In this document: positions 29,480 to 38,059 of the stretch, in pieces
How the letters are laid out: each line of letters starts with the position of its first letter
How positions within the stretch are numbered: position 1 is the stretch's first letter
Source: Candidatus Hydrogenedentota bacterium
GTDB taxonomy: Bacteria > Hydrogenedentota > Hydrogenedentia > Hydrogenedentales > SLHB01
Assembly (NCBI GenBank): GCA_045863295.1
Contig: BTWA01000007.1
Coordinates: 1-64,000 of the forward strand
Length of the DNA: 64,000 bases
Direction of reading: 5' to 3'
Translations under genes and position numbers: made by a program
Notes under the pieces: model-generated
Database searches by the model: none
What the model was told of the DNA's origin: nothing
What the model saw: the letters and a program-made list of their open reading frames with translations, nothing else

Positions 29480-30760
29480 ATGCGATTCAAAGGTTTTCTC
29501 GTTACAGCCATTGCCGCGTGCGCGGCGCTTGGCGTGGCGCAGCCGGCAGCACATGCCGCGCTGCAGGTAGGCGCGTCGTCTGTCAATGTCACTCCCGATC
29601 CCCTCATTCCCGTCTCGGGCGGGATGGGAATCCCGCGCAAAACGGAAAAGCAACAGGGCAACCTCGAAGTCCGCACGATTGTCATAGACAAAGACGGCGA
29701 ACGCGTTGCATTCGTCAGTGTGCCATTTATTGGATATCCGCGCGTGCTGGGCGACAAAGTCCGTGCCTTGGTCAAGGACATTCCCGGCGATCACATCCTC
29801 ATCGGCTCGACCCATACCCACAGCGCGCCCGACATGTATGCGTTTCCATTGCCCGACGGCGGACATACCGGCGAATTGGCCTACATGGAAAAGGTCGTGA
29901 CCCAGGTGGCCGAGGGTATCAACGCGGCCGTAAAGGCTCTGCAACCCGCATCCATTAAAATTGCCAGTGGCGACGCGGCGGAAAAGATCGCCTACAATTA
30001 CTACGCGCCTCAACTCTACGACCGCCGCTGCCATGTAATTCAGGCAGTTGGTAAAGATGGCAAGGCCATCGCCACTGTCGTTAACTATGCGATTCACCCG
30101 GAAGTCATCGGACCCGGCCAGGGTATCTGCAGCCCCGACATGGTCGGCCCGCTATACGACCGTGTCGCCGAACTCGGTGGCGGCACGTGCGTGTTTATGA
30201 ACGGCGCCCAGGGCGGCATGGTAACCGCCGATTGCCGCGGTGAAGACGGCGAAGATGTGCAAACATGGGACGAGTGCATCCGTATCGGCAACCTGTTGGC
30301 GGACGAGGCCATGCGCATCGTGAAAGACGCGCCCGTGCAGGAGAATCCCGATCTCTGGGTCGGCGCGAAGGAAGTCAAGTTTCACGTGGATTCCGATCTC
30401 TTGTGGGCCGTTGTCGAAGGATCCCCCCTCGGCTATCCAACCAACGACGATCGCACGGTGACCACACTGATGAACCTAATCAACGTCGGCAATGCACAGA
30501 TCCTGACGATTCCCGGCGAAGCCCTGCCGAACATCGGTTTCTATCTCAAGCGTCACATGAACGGAGAAGGAGACAATAACTTCCTGTTCGGCCTTACCAA
30601 CGATGCCTTTGGATACATCCTCACCAAGGAAGACTTCAACAGCTTCAAGCGCTACGACTACGTATCCGAGACAAGTCTCGGCGAACGCACCGGCACCACC
30701 CTTATTGAAGAAGGTCTGAAGTTCGTGAGCGAAGCACCAAAGCCAAAACCCGTAGGCTGA
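29480..30760 (+). CDS. Exported neutral/alkaline ceramidase-like hydrolase
   Basis: Signal peptide, GSTHTHSAPD, NYAIHPE, NGAQG, IPGE. Confidence 0.7.
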   Translation: MRFKGFLVTAIAACAALGVAQPAAHAALQVGASSVNVTPDPLIPVSGGMGIPRKTEKQQGNLEVRTIVIDKDGERVAFVSVPFIGYPRVLGDKVRALVKDIPGDHILIGSTHTHSAPDMYAFPLPDGGHTGELAYMEKVVTQVAEGINAAVKALQPASIKIASGDAAEKIAYNYYAPQLYDRRCHVIQAVGKDGKAIATVVNYAIHPEVIGPGQGICSPDMVGPLYDRVAELGGGTCVFMNGAQGGMVTADCRGEDGEDVQTWDECIRIGNLLADEAMRIVKDAPVQENPDLWVGAKEVKFHVDSDLLWAVVEGSPLGYPTNDDRTVTTLMNLINVGNAQILTIPGEALPNIGFYLKRHMNGEGDNNFLFGLTNDAFGYILTKEDFNSFKRYDYVSETSLGERTGTTLIEEGLKFVSEAPKPKPVG

Positions 30761-30781
30761 TAACACATAAAGATTGCGATC

Positions 30782-30815
30782 AAGCGCGACAGGTAATCCT
30801 GCCTGTCGCGCTTTT
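30782..30815 (+). terminator. Intrinsic terminator
   Basis: AAGCGCGACAGG-N8-CCTGTCGCGCTT-TT. Confidence 0.75.
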
Positions 30816-30882
30816 ATGTACACTGCCCATGCTCAGCAACGAAAAGAAGATCCAAATCTCCATTTCACATACAGGGCCGGAA

Positions 30883-30906
30883 GTAGAAGCGACATCCTGT
30901 CGCTTC
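30883..30906 (+). repeat. GTAG-type REP-like palindrome
   Basis: GTAG followed by AAGCGACA-tcc-TGTCGCTT. Confidence 0.55.
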
Positions 30907-31043
30907 CGTGCCGCCTGAACAAGATTATGCAATCTCTGAGCTTATCAAAGAGACATTATTAGCATCGGCGATTGCGCCCCGCGCCCGGTGATTCCGGACG
31001 CGGGGCACATAGTGTCGCGTGGCGGCACGCACGAATGCCTGTC

Positions 31044-33677
31044 TTATTGGCCTTTGATGTTCTTCGCCGCAACGACCAGACTCAGGAACTCGGATCGGCG
31101 GCCATTGATGTCGTAGCCATTGGCCCCTTCGGCAATTTGCTGCACAAGGCTCAACGTCGTGTTTCCTTTGTATTGCGAGTTGCGCAACTCCATACCAAAC
31201 GCCGCGACGGCCGCCGCCCAACGGAATTCGCGGCTGGATTGATCGTATCCTTGACCATGGTCGGTAACCGGTACCTCAATCAACTTGCTGGTCGTGCCCT
31301 CTGGTTCCTTGTAGCGAAGGCGCAGGAACAGCATCTCAGCACTTTCCTTCAACTCGACCGGAGGCGGAGTGACAGCCTCCGGCTGGCCGCTGTACCGCAA
31401 AGGATCGACGCCGCCGGTGGAAGGCATGGGCACGCCGGCAGGCACGATTTCATACAGAGCCGTCACTGTGTGGCCCGCTCCGATTTCACCCGCATCTTTG
31501 CGGTCGTCATTGAAATCCTGCGCGGCCAACGCGCGGTTTTCATACCCAATCAGGCGATACGCTTGTACCTTGCCGGGATTGAACTCGATCTGAATTTTCA
31601 CATCCTTCGCAATGGTCACCAGCGTGCCTGCCATGTCTTCGACCAGCACGCGCTGGGCCTCGCCAAAATTGTCGATGTAGTAATAGGCTCCGTTGCCTTT
31701 GTTCGACAACTGCTCCAGGCGATCATCCTTGATGTTGTCCATGCCGAATCCGAGGATGCTGAGGAAGATGCCGTTACCGGCTTTTTCACGCACCATCTGC
31801 ACAAGTTGATCCGTGTCCGTCACGCCAACATTGAAATCGCCGTCGGTGCACAGGATGACGCGATTCACGCCACCCGGCAGGTAATACCGTTGCGCCATGT
31901 CATACGCCAGACGAATGCCGCCTTCGCCGTTCGTCGATCCGCCCGCGCTCAAGCCCTGAACGGCGGAGAGGATGGTCTCACGACTGTCCACCGACGTGCT
32001 TTCCAACGCGATGCCCGCCGCGCCCGCATACGTCACGATGCCTACGCGATCCTGCGGCGACAGCCTGCGCGCCAGCAACAACATGGCCTCTTTCAACAGC
32101 GGCAGCTTGTTCGCAGGTTCCATCGATCCCGACACGTCGATCAGAAACACCAGGTTCGCCGGAGCACGGTCGTCCATGGGAACGTCCTTGCCCTTGATGC
32201 CCACACGCACCAGCCGGTGCTCCGGTTTCCACGGCGCGGGCGCCACTTCCACATGAGCCGCGAACGGGTGTCCGTCCGTGGGGCCCGCGTATTCATAGTC
32301 AAAATAATTGACCAACTCCTCAATTCGTACCGCATCCGGAGGAGGCAACTGGCCCTGATTGAGAAACCGCCGCGTGTTGGAGTACGAAGCCGTATCCACA
32401 TCGATGGAAAAAGTCGACAAGGGATTCTGCATCGGCGTCAGGAAAGGGTTTTCCACGATCGGCGCATACGCCTCGCTGTTCGAATAAAAGTTCAGGCCGA
32501 AGGATAGTTGACGCGATTCAGACTGACTCAGAGGGTCTACCTGTTTGCCCAATTCTGTAATCAACGGAAGGACTTTGCCCTCCGCAAGACGCTCACTGGA
32601 ACCGGAACGTGCCTTGGCCTTGCTTTCGATCCGGCCGGGCATTCCATTCGCTGATTCGATATACGCTTGATAGACGTCAACGTCGTCGTGCAAGGCCGGG
32701 CGGTTTTCCAATGTCCCCAACGTATCAACACTAATGCCACCGCCGCCGAAACCACCACTGCCACCTTGGCCAGCGTCAACGCCTTGTTGCCCGGGTTGTC
32801 CACCAAAGCCGCCTCCGCCGAATTCACGCGCCTTGCTGTGAAACTGCACAGCGCTGGGCGTAGCTCCATTCACATTGGCTTCGACAGGGGGCGTCGGAAG
32901 AAGGGCCAGGGGAGTACTAGAGGAAGGCGTAGACGCTTGGCCATCACCGTTAACATCGGCGAAATAGCCTCTGCTGCTGCCATCGACTTCCAACTCGCGA
33001 ACACGACCTTCGCCGCTTGCCGATAGGTTCCAATTGGTTTCGGCCCCCTGAGCGGAGGTTGCTGCGGGCGACGACTCAGCCGAAGAGTCGGCAACCGTAA
33101 GTCCCTCCTGCAGAATAAATAAATCACCAACGGGTGCGTCCTGCGGCGGCGCCGTCGCCGGTTCCGCAAGCCGGTTTTGTTCTATTCTATGGACCAGGTT
33201 CGAATCGTCAGGTCCCGTGAAGGACGTCGACACGTTCTCCTTGTCCATCCTCGCCAAGTTCACCCGATCCTGGTAACGCAACGCCAAATCGTCACTGGCA
33301 ACAGGGACTTCGCGGGCGTTAAACGTTCGCGGCAACACATAATAGCCAGCGAATACCAATACCGCTGCCGCCGCGCCCCATCGAAGCATGACCGCCGGGC
33401 GGAACCATCGGATTCGCAATCGTGGTGCATCCTCATCACCCACACGGCCAATGATTTCCTGCCGCTGGGCCGATTCCAACTCGGGTGCGTCAAACCCCGC
33501 AAGCGAAACTTCCACCAGCTTCGCCGCGGCCTGAATCTCTTTCACGGCTTTTTGCGCGTCTGGGTCATCCGCAATCAGTTCTTCCAAGGCCACCCGGTCG
33601 TCCTCCGGCAATTCGCCAAGGGCGTATTCAGTCAATCGGATATCGTCTCTCTCGATGGGCATTGTCCTATTCCTCAT
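31044..33677 (-). CDS. Membrane-anchored anti-sigma/YfbK-like vWA-domain protein
   Basis: N-terminal LTEYALGEL anti-sigma-like helix bundle, one TM, STFSIDVDTASY, MIDAS DVSGSM, TDGDFNVG, YRLIGYENR. Confidence 0.88.
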   Translation of the reverse strand: MRNRTMPIERDDIRLTEYALGELPEDDRVALEELIADDPDAQKAVKEIQAAAKLVEVSLAGFDAPELESAQRQEIIGRVGDEDAPRLRIRWFRPAVMLRWGAAAAVLVFAGYYVLPRTFNAREVPVASDDLALRYQDRVNLARMDKENVSTSFTGPDDSNLVHRIEQNRLAEPATAPPQDAPVGDLFILQEGLTVADSSAESSPAATSAQGAETNWNLSASGEGRVRELEVDGSSRGYFADVNGDGQASTPSSSTPLALLPTPPVEANVNGATPSAVQFHSKAREFGGGGFGGQPGQQGVDAGQGGSGGFGGGGISVDTLGTLENRPALHDDVDVYQAYIESANGMPGRIESKAKARSGSSERLAEGKVLPLITELGKQVDPLSQSESRQLSFGLNFYSNSEAYAPIVENPFLTPMQNPLSTFSIDVDTASYSNTRRFLNQGQLPPPDAVRIEELVNYFDYEYAGPTDGHPFAAHVEVAPAPWKPEHRLVRVGIKGKDVPMDDRAPANLVFLIDVSGSMEPANKLPLLKEAMLLLARRLSPQDRVGIVTYAGAAGIALESTSVDSRETILSAVQGLSAGGSTNGEGGIRLAYDMAQRYYLPGGVNRVILCTDGDFNVGVTDTDQLVQMVREKAGNGIFLSILGFGMDNIKDDRLEQLSNKGNGAYYYIDNFGEAQRVLVEDMAGTLVTIAKDVKIQIEFNPGKVQAYRLIGYENRALAAQDFNDDRKDAGEIGAGHTVTALYEIVPAGVPMPSTGGVDPLRYSGQPEAVTPPPVELKESAEMLFLRLRYKEPEGTTSKLIEVPVTDHGQGYDQSSREFRWAAAVAAFGMELRNSQYKGNTTLSLVQQIAEGANGYDINGRRSEFLSLVVAAKNIKGQ

Positions 33678-34207
33678 GCATCCGGCGCCGAGGCATGCTG
33701 GGCGCGGAGTTGTTCGCGTATGGTGTTCAGCGCGGTGTGAATCGTATGGCTGACCGTCGCCAGCGGCATTCCCACGACATCGCTAATCTCGCGGTAGGTG
33801 AGGCCGTCATGAAACTTCAGCATGAACACTTCCTGTTGCCGTTTGGGCAACGTAGTCACGACGGTCCGTATCATGTGTTGTGTCTCGTTCGCCTCCGCCG
33901 CCGCGCCGGGGCTCAGCCCTCGTGCGGGCAACGAATGCATCACGCTATCCTGCAAGGACTCCATCCGTCCCTCCTTCTTGAGAACGTCCAGGGCCCGGTT
34001 CCGGCACACCGTGTACAACCACGGGCCGAGATGGCCGTCGATCGCCGCGTGGTCCGCCGTGCACAGCTTCAGGAAGGTGTCCTGCACCACATCGCGTGCC
34101 GTCTCCAAATCGCCCGTCAGCCGCAGGGCATACCCCACCAACCGCCGTTCATAGTCGGCCAAAGCCTGCCGAATCCAAGCCCCTTGCGGGGTTCCGTTGT
34201 CGCTCAT
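33674..34207 (-). CDS. ECF sigma factor
   Basis: ARDVVQDTFLKL, WLYTVCRNRALD, LPKRQQEVF...GLTYREIS; stop overlaps vWA start (ATGA). Confidence 0.93.
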   Translation of the reverse strand: MSDNGTPQGAWIRQALADYERRLVGYALRLTGDLETARDVVQDTFLKLCTADHAAIDGHLGPWLYTVCRNRALDVLKKEGRMESLQDSVMHSLPARGLSPGAAAEANETQHMIRTVVTTLPKRQQEVFMLKFHDGLTYREISDVVGMPLATVSHTIHTALNTIREQLRAQHASAPDA

Positions 34208-34247
34208 GAAGGACTCCCGGGATGTCGCGTCATGGTCTGCAATTCTA

Positions 34248-34272
34248 TAACGATTGGAACCCGTTGCTGTTC
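34248..34272 (-). promoter_or_regulatory. Putative autoregulatory ECF promoter
   Basis: Minus strand GAAC-N16-CGTTA about 40 nt upstream of the ECF ATG. Confidence 0.5.
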
Positions 34273-34481
34273 GAAAGTTCAAAAGGCAGATCGACATCGT
34301 GTCGTTTCCACGCCATCTCCGCGTGTAGCCATTCCCTTAACCCGGATATTTCACGACTTTGTCCAACTAACTGTGTAACAACAATTCAACCGGGCCGTTA
34401 CCAAAACTGGCGTACTTACAGTGTGCACGTGAAGTATCCTCAGCGTTTCAAGCTTAAGGAATTCTGTGTGAGCAATTTGCA

Positions 34482-34582
34482 CCACGGAGACTGTACTTCA
34501 GTCCTCCACGGAGACTGTACTTCAGTCTTCCACGGAGACTGTACTTCAGTCTTCCACGGAGACTGTACTTCAGTCTTCCACG
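34482..34582. repeat. 24-bp palindromic tandem repeat, 4.2 copies
   Basis: CCACGGAGACTGTACTTCAGTC(C/T)T x4 plus CCACG; internal GACTG-tactt-CAGTC hairpin; no spacers. Confidence 0.97.
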
Positions 34583-34757
34583 CACGCTTTTAGCGTGGTG
34601 CAATATGCGGGTTAAGTGTTTCTGCAAACGTTCAACCCCCAATAGGCCCGATCATCCCATTGAACGGCTCTCCCATTTCTGGCCAAATTGTTGCATCAAG
34701 TCCTTATAGGCAAATCGGTTGGGACACCGATTGACACAGAAATGGGGTCCGGAAGGC

Positions 34758-35645
34758 ATGTCCAAGACGAGACGACTGATTCGTGTGGCAGCAGCCATAG
34801 TTCTATTGTGTGGCGTAATACAGGCCGCAGGCCAGGAATTCAGGCCACTCGAAAGGACCGTGTCTTTTCGCGGCATAAAGCGCTCGTATTTCGTCGCGCT
34901 GCCCGATCGGTACGATCCCCAAAAGTCCTATTGGCCGCTGGTGTTTATTCATGGCGGCGCCGGAAACGTACAAACGAATTCGAAGGCAATAGCCATGCGT
35001 GAAATAGCCGACAAAGAGGGACTTCCAGCCATTTTGATATTGCCGGAGTTCGTCACCAAGGACAAGCAGGTGAGCCGGTTTCCGGAATTGGGCGAAGCCG
35101 ATTTTCTGCTGGAAGTGATGAATGAAGCGCACAAGGAATTTCGGCTGCACGACAAGTTGTTGCTCGCGGGCTACTCCATGGGTGGCCAGTGTGCGCACCG
35201 GTTTGCGCTGGCGCACCCGGATCAAGTGATGGCCTGTGCACCCTCCGCCGCTGGTACGTGGACAACACCAGACGGCCGATTCCTTGTGGAAGACTACGGC
35301 GAAGTGAAAGACCCCGCCAAGTTTCTGACCGACAATTCCAATAAATCGGCCATCCCGGATCGGTTACACGATCTGTTTGATCCACGGGTCGCCGCCGTCG
35401 CGGGCACTCCAGCGGCAAAAGGTGCGAAGTCTGTACCGTTCTTAATCATGTGCGGCACACTCGATTCTCGCTACTCCATTGCCGTCGAGTTCGCAGCGTC
35501 TTTGCAAGCCCGGGGATTTACCGTTGAGACCGAGTGGCCAGTCACGCCGCATGGGTCGAATTCCAGCCAGTACAAAGCGGAATTCCGGAAATACTCAGAG
35601 CGCGCTGTTCAGTTTTTCAACCGGATAGTAAATGCAAAAGAATAG
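34758..35645 (+). CDS. Exported alpha/beta hydrolase (esterase-like)
   Basis: Signal peptide, PLVFIHGG, GYSMGG nucleophile elbow. Confidence 0.8.
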   Translation: MSKTRRLIRVAAAIVLLCGVIQAAGQEFRPLERTVSFRGIKRSYFVALPDRYDPQKSYWPLVFIHGGAGNVQTNSKAIAMREIADKEGLPAILILPEFVTKDKQVSRFPELGEADFLLEVMNEAHKEFRLHDKLLLAGYSMGGQCAHRFALAHPDQVMACAPSAAGTWTTPDGRFLVEDYGEVKDPAKFLTDNSNKSAIPDRLHDLFDPRVAAVAGTPAAKGAKSVPFLIMCGTLDSRYSIAVEFAASLQARGFTVETEWPVTPHGSNSSQYKAEFRKYSERAVQFFNRIVNAKE

Positions 35646-35764
35646 TCGGGATACCCCGAAACGATGAATCTGGACTCTGAATGACCGTCGAATAAGGAAT
35701 CGACGTCCTCGTTGGGTGTATACTCCCCAGGTTCGAAAACCTTGGAAAGTATATTCCTTCGCCT

Positions 35765-37102
35765 ATGTTCAGAAATCCGCTTAAAAGCAATCTTTACACC
35801 GAGTTAACCGATTTCTTCGGCACGGATCCCAGCACACTTGCTATTGACAGCATTCGGTTTATGGCCGTCGATTTGCCGAATGTTCAGGCGGCGATGGAAC
35901 GAATCTGCGAATCGGAACGGGCGGCCCATCGCGTCCTGGGAATCTCAAGCGTTGATCTGCTGAACAATTCCCTCGGCAATTTGCTGGTGCAGAAAGCGCC
36001 CTTGGGTCCTGTGTCGTATACCAATGTCCGTGTAGCACAGGAAGCGTTCCTGCGATGCGCGGTGAATAGTGTGCATTTCGTCGAATGGCCAGGCGCGAAA
36101 GTGGCCGTACATGTGCGCAAGGAAGACCACGCCGTCGATTACGCATTGGAGATCATGGCCGGAACCGAAGAATTGAGCCGCGAGTTTATGAAGCGGCTGT
36201 GGCAGTCCGTGGACAGCGAGAATGTGTACCGCGGCCGGATCATCGCCCTCGAATCGGACGACTACACCGCGATCGATCCCGAGAACTATACAATTGCGTT
36301 TCGTACGATCCAGATGGTGCGCCAAGAAGACATCGTTTTGCCAGACGGCGTGATGGAGGTCATTCAGCGCAACACATCGGGATTTTTCGAACATGCATCC
36401 GCCCTTCGCAGGAGCGGGCGTTCCGTGAAGCGGGGCCTGTTGTTGCACGGCGCACCGGGCACAGGAAAATCATATACCGCAAAATGGGTGGCGCAATCGG
36501 TGGAAGGACTGACGGTCATCCTCGTCGCGGGAAATCAGTTGTGGATGATCAAACAAATCTGCCGGTTGGCCGCCGCACTGTCGCCGAGTCTGGTGATTCT
36601 GGAAGACGTCGACCTCGTGGCATCGCGCCGTGACGGTGTGAGGCATCCTGCCTACGAATTGACCCTGCACGACCTCTTGAACGAAGTGGACGGCATGGCG
36701 CCCGATGCCGAAGTGTTGTTCCTGCTCACCACCAACAAGCCCGAGGTCATTGAACCCGCGATCGCATCGAGGCCAGGCCGGATTGATCAGGCCATCGAAT
36801 TCCCATTACCGGATTCCCGGTGCCGTAAAAGGTTGTTCGACTTGTACAGCTACGGGTTGGATGTGCGCCTCGAACGGCTGGACGAGTTCGTCGCACGGAC
36901 GGAAGGGGCCAGCCCGGCCTTCATTCAGGAGTTGTTTCGCAAAGCAGCCATGTTTGCGGCGGAGGATACAGCCCACTCTATCGGTCTTTTGCGCGTAACC
37001 GACGAACACTGCGAGTTAGCGCTTCGTGAACTGCTTTTCGGCGGTGGCGACCTGACTCGCAATCTCCTGGGGTTTCGTTCCTCGCAACTGAATCTCCTCT
37101 GA
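35765..37102 (+). CDS. AAA+ family ATPase
   Basis: RGLLLHGAPGTGKS, VILEDVD, LLNEVDG, TTN, RPGRID. Confidence 0.9.
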   Translation: MFRNPLKSNLYTELTDFFGTDPSTLAIDSIRFMAVDLPNVQAAMERICESERAAHRVLGISSVDLLNNSLGNLLVQKAPLGPVSYTNVRVAQEAFLRCAVNSVHFVEWPGAKVAVHVRKEDHAVDYALEIMAGTEELSREFMKRLWQSVDSENVYRGRIIALESDDYTAIDPENYTIAFRTIQMVRQEDIVLPDGVMEVIQRNTSGFFEHASALRRSGRSVKRGLLLHGAPGTGKSYTAKWVAQSVEGLTVILVAGNQLWMIKQICRLAAALSPSLVILEDVDLVASRRDGVRHPAYELTLHDLLNEVDGMAPDAEVLFLLTTNKPEVIEPAIASRPGRIDQAIEFPLPDSRCRKRLFDLYSYGLDVRLERLDEFVARTEGASPAFIQELFRKAAMFAAEDTAHSIGLLRVTDEHCELALRELLFGGGDLTRNLLGFRSSQLNLL

Positions 37103-37152
37103 ATCTATAACGCCATTGTTTTCAAGGCTTTAAGGAAAGCGGTCGAAATATC

Positions 37153-37180
37153 TAAAGTCAGATTCTGCCGATGCCGATAT
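37153..37180 (+). promoter_or_regulatory. sigma28/FliA promoter
   Basis: TAAAG...GCCGATAT (TAAA-N16-GCCGATAT) upstream of a YjfB-like gene. Confidence 0.7.
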
Positions 37181-37236
37181 ACTTAGTACCAAGGGCGAAC
37201 CCCAAAAAGGGGTCCAACCAATAGGAGGAAGGGCAT

Positions 37237-37431
37237 ATGGCAAGCATAGACGGCATCGCGGCCACCGCGACAGCACTGAAATCTGCCGAGTTCTCTGCCT
37301 CCTACCAAATCGCCGCCCTCAAGAAGCAAATCGAAACTGTCGACAAAGCTGGCGCGGCAGCATTGAAGCTTATCCAGACCGCCATGAGCCTTGATCCGCA
37401 GGTGGGCCAGAACATCAATGCCCTCGTTTGA
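37237..37431 (+). CDS. YjfB-family putative motility protein
   Basis: 64 aa, IAALKKQIE...AAALKLIQ...PQVGQNIN pattern; strong AGGAGG RBS; own promoter and terminator. Confidence 0.75.
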   Translation: MASIDGIAATATALKSAEFSASYQIAALKKQIETVDKAGAAALKLIQTAMSLDPQVGQNINALV

Positions 37432-37450
37432 TTCAGATCGCGTATAATAC

Positions 37451-37483
37451 AGCGCCCTCGACGGTTGAGGGCGCTTTTTATTT
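37451..37483 (+). terminator. Intrinsic terminator
   Basis: AGCGCCCTCGAC-g-GTTGAGGGCGCT-TTTTATTT. Confidence 0.85.
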
Positions 37484-37515
37484 GATTGCGCGTTCGTGGG
37501 AGCACCCGAAGAGCC

Positions 37516-37875
37516 ATGCCTAAATTTGGAGTCACTGTACAGAAAGAAGCCGAGTTATTCTTACGCATGGAAAAACTCGGCCTGCGTGAAGAGGATCTGA
37601 ACGAACAGTTCGTACGGTCGAGCGGATCGGGCGGCCAGCACGTGAACAAGACCGCCACTTGCGTCCAACTGGTGCACGAACCTTCCGGCTTGGATGTGAA
37701 GATGCAGCAAGCCCGCTCGCAAAGCCTGAACCGCTATTACGCGCGCAAACGCATGTGCGAATTGATGGAAGCGCGCGTGTTGGGAGATGAAAGCCCGGAA
37801 GCAAAAAAGGTGGACAAAATCCGAAAACAGAAGGCGCGCCGCCAGCGCCGAAGCCGGTCCGCCATTGCCGACTAG
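37516..37875 (+). CDS. Peptide chain release factor-like peptidyl-tRNA hydrolase (RF-1 domain, ArfB-like)
   Basis: RSSGSGGQHVNKT (GGQ), RSQSLNR, basic C-terminal tail. Confidence 0.85.
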   Translation: MPKFGVTVQKEAELFLRMEKLGLREEDLNEQFVRSSGSGGQHVNKTATCVQLVHEPSGLDVKMQQARSQSLNRYYARKRMCELMEARVLGDESPEAKKVDKIRKQKARRQRRSRSAIAD

Positions 37876-37971
37876 GCCCAACCTCAAGCCTGCCGCTTAG
37901 CCAGACAGTCCCATCCCAACGGTAGTGGCAACCCCAGGAACCAACTCAAGTTGAACCCTTTTTGAAAATTA

Positions 37972-38001
37972 ACTTTACAATACAAAGGACTTTGTTATAG
38001 T
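37972..38001 (+). promoter_or_regulatory. creD promoter with overlapping palindromic operator
   Basis: ACTTT-ACAATAC-AAAGG palindrome over TTTACA, with TATAGT at 37996. Confidence 0.45.
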
Positions 38002-38059
38002 ATTGGCCAAGTGGCCGGGGATACCCAAGCCGAGGCAAAATACGACCGGAGGTGCGCAT

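Noticed and set aside
30972..32507. 511-aa plus-strand ORF
   Set aside because: Antisense shadow of the vWA gene in GC-rich DNA, with no recognisable motifs
34482..34582. CRISPR array, or 8-aa repeat proteins (HGDCTSVF / RGRLKYSL ORFs)
   Set aside because: Units are contiguous with no spacers and no cas genes are present; the ORFs are a by-product of a 24-bp stop-free unit
37190..37220. c-di-GMP-I riboswitch-like GGGCGAACCCC-AAAAA-GGGG in the yjfB leader
   Set aside because: Only one short hairpin; the second stem and GCAAA-type junction are missing and the leader is too short
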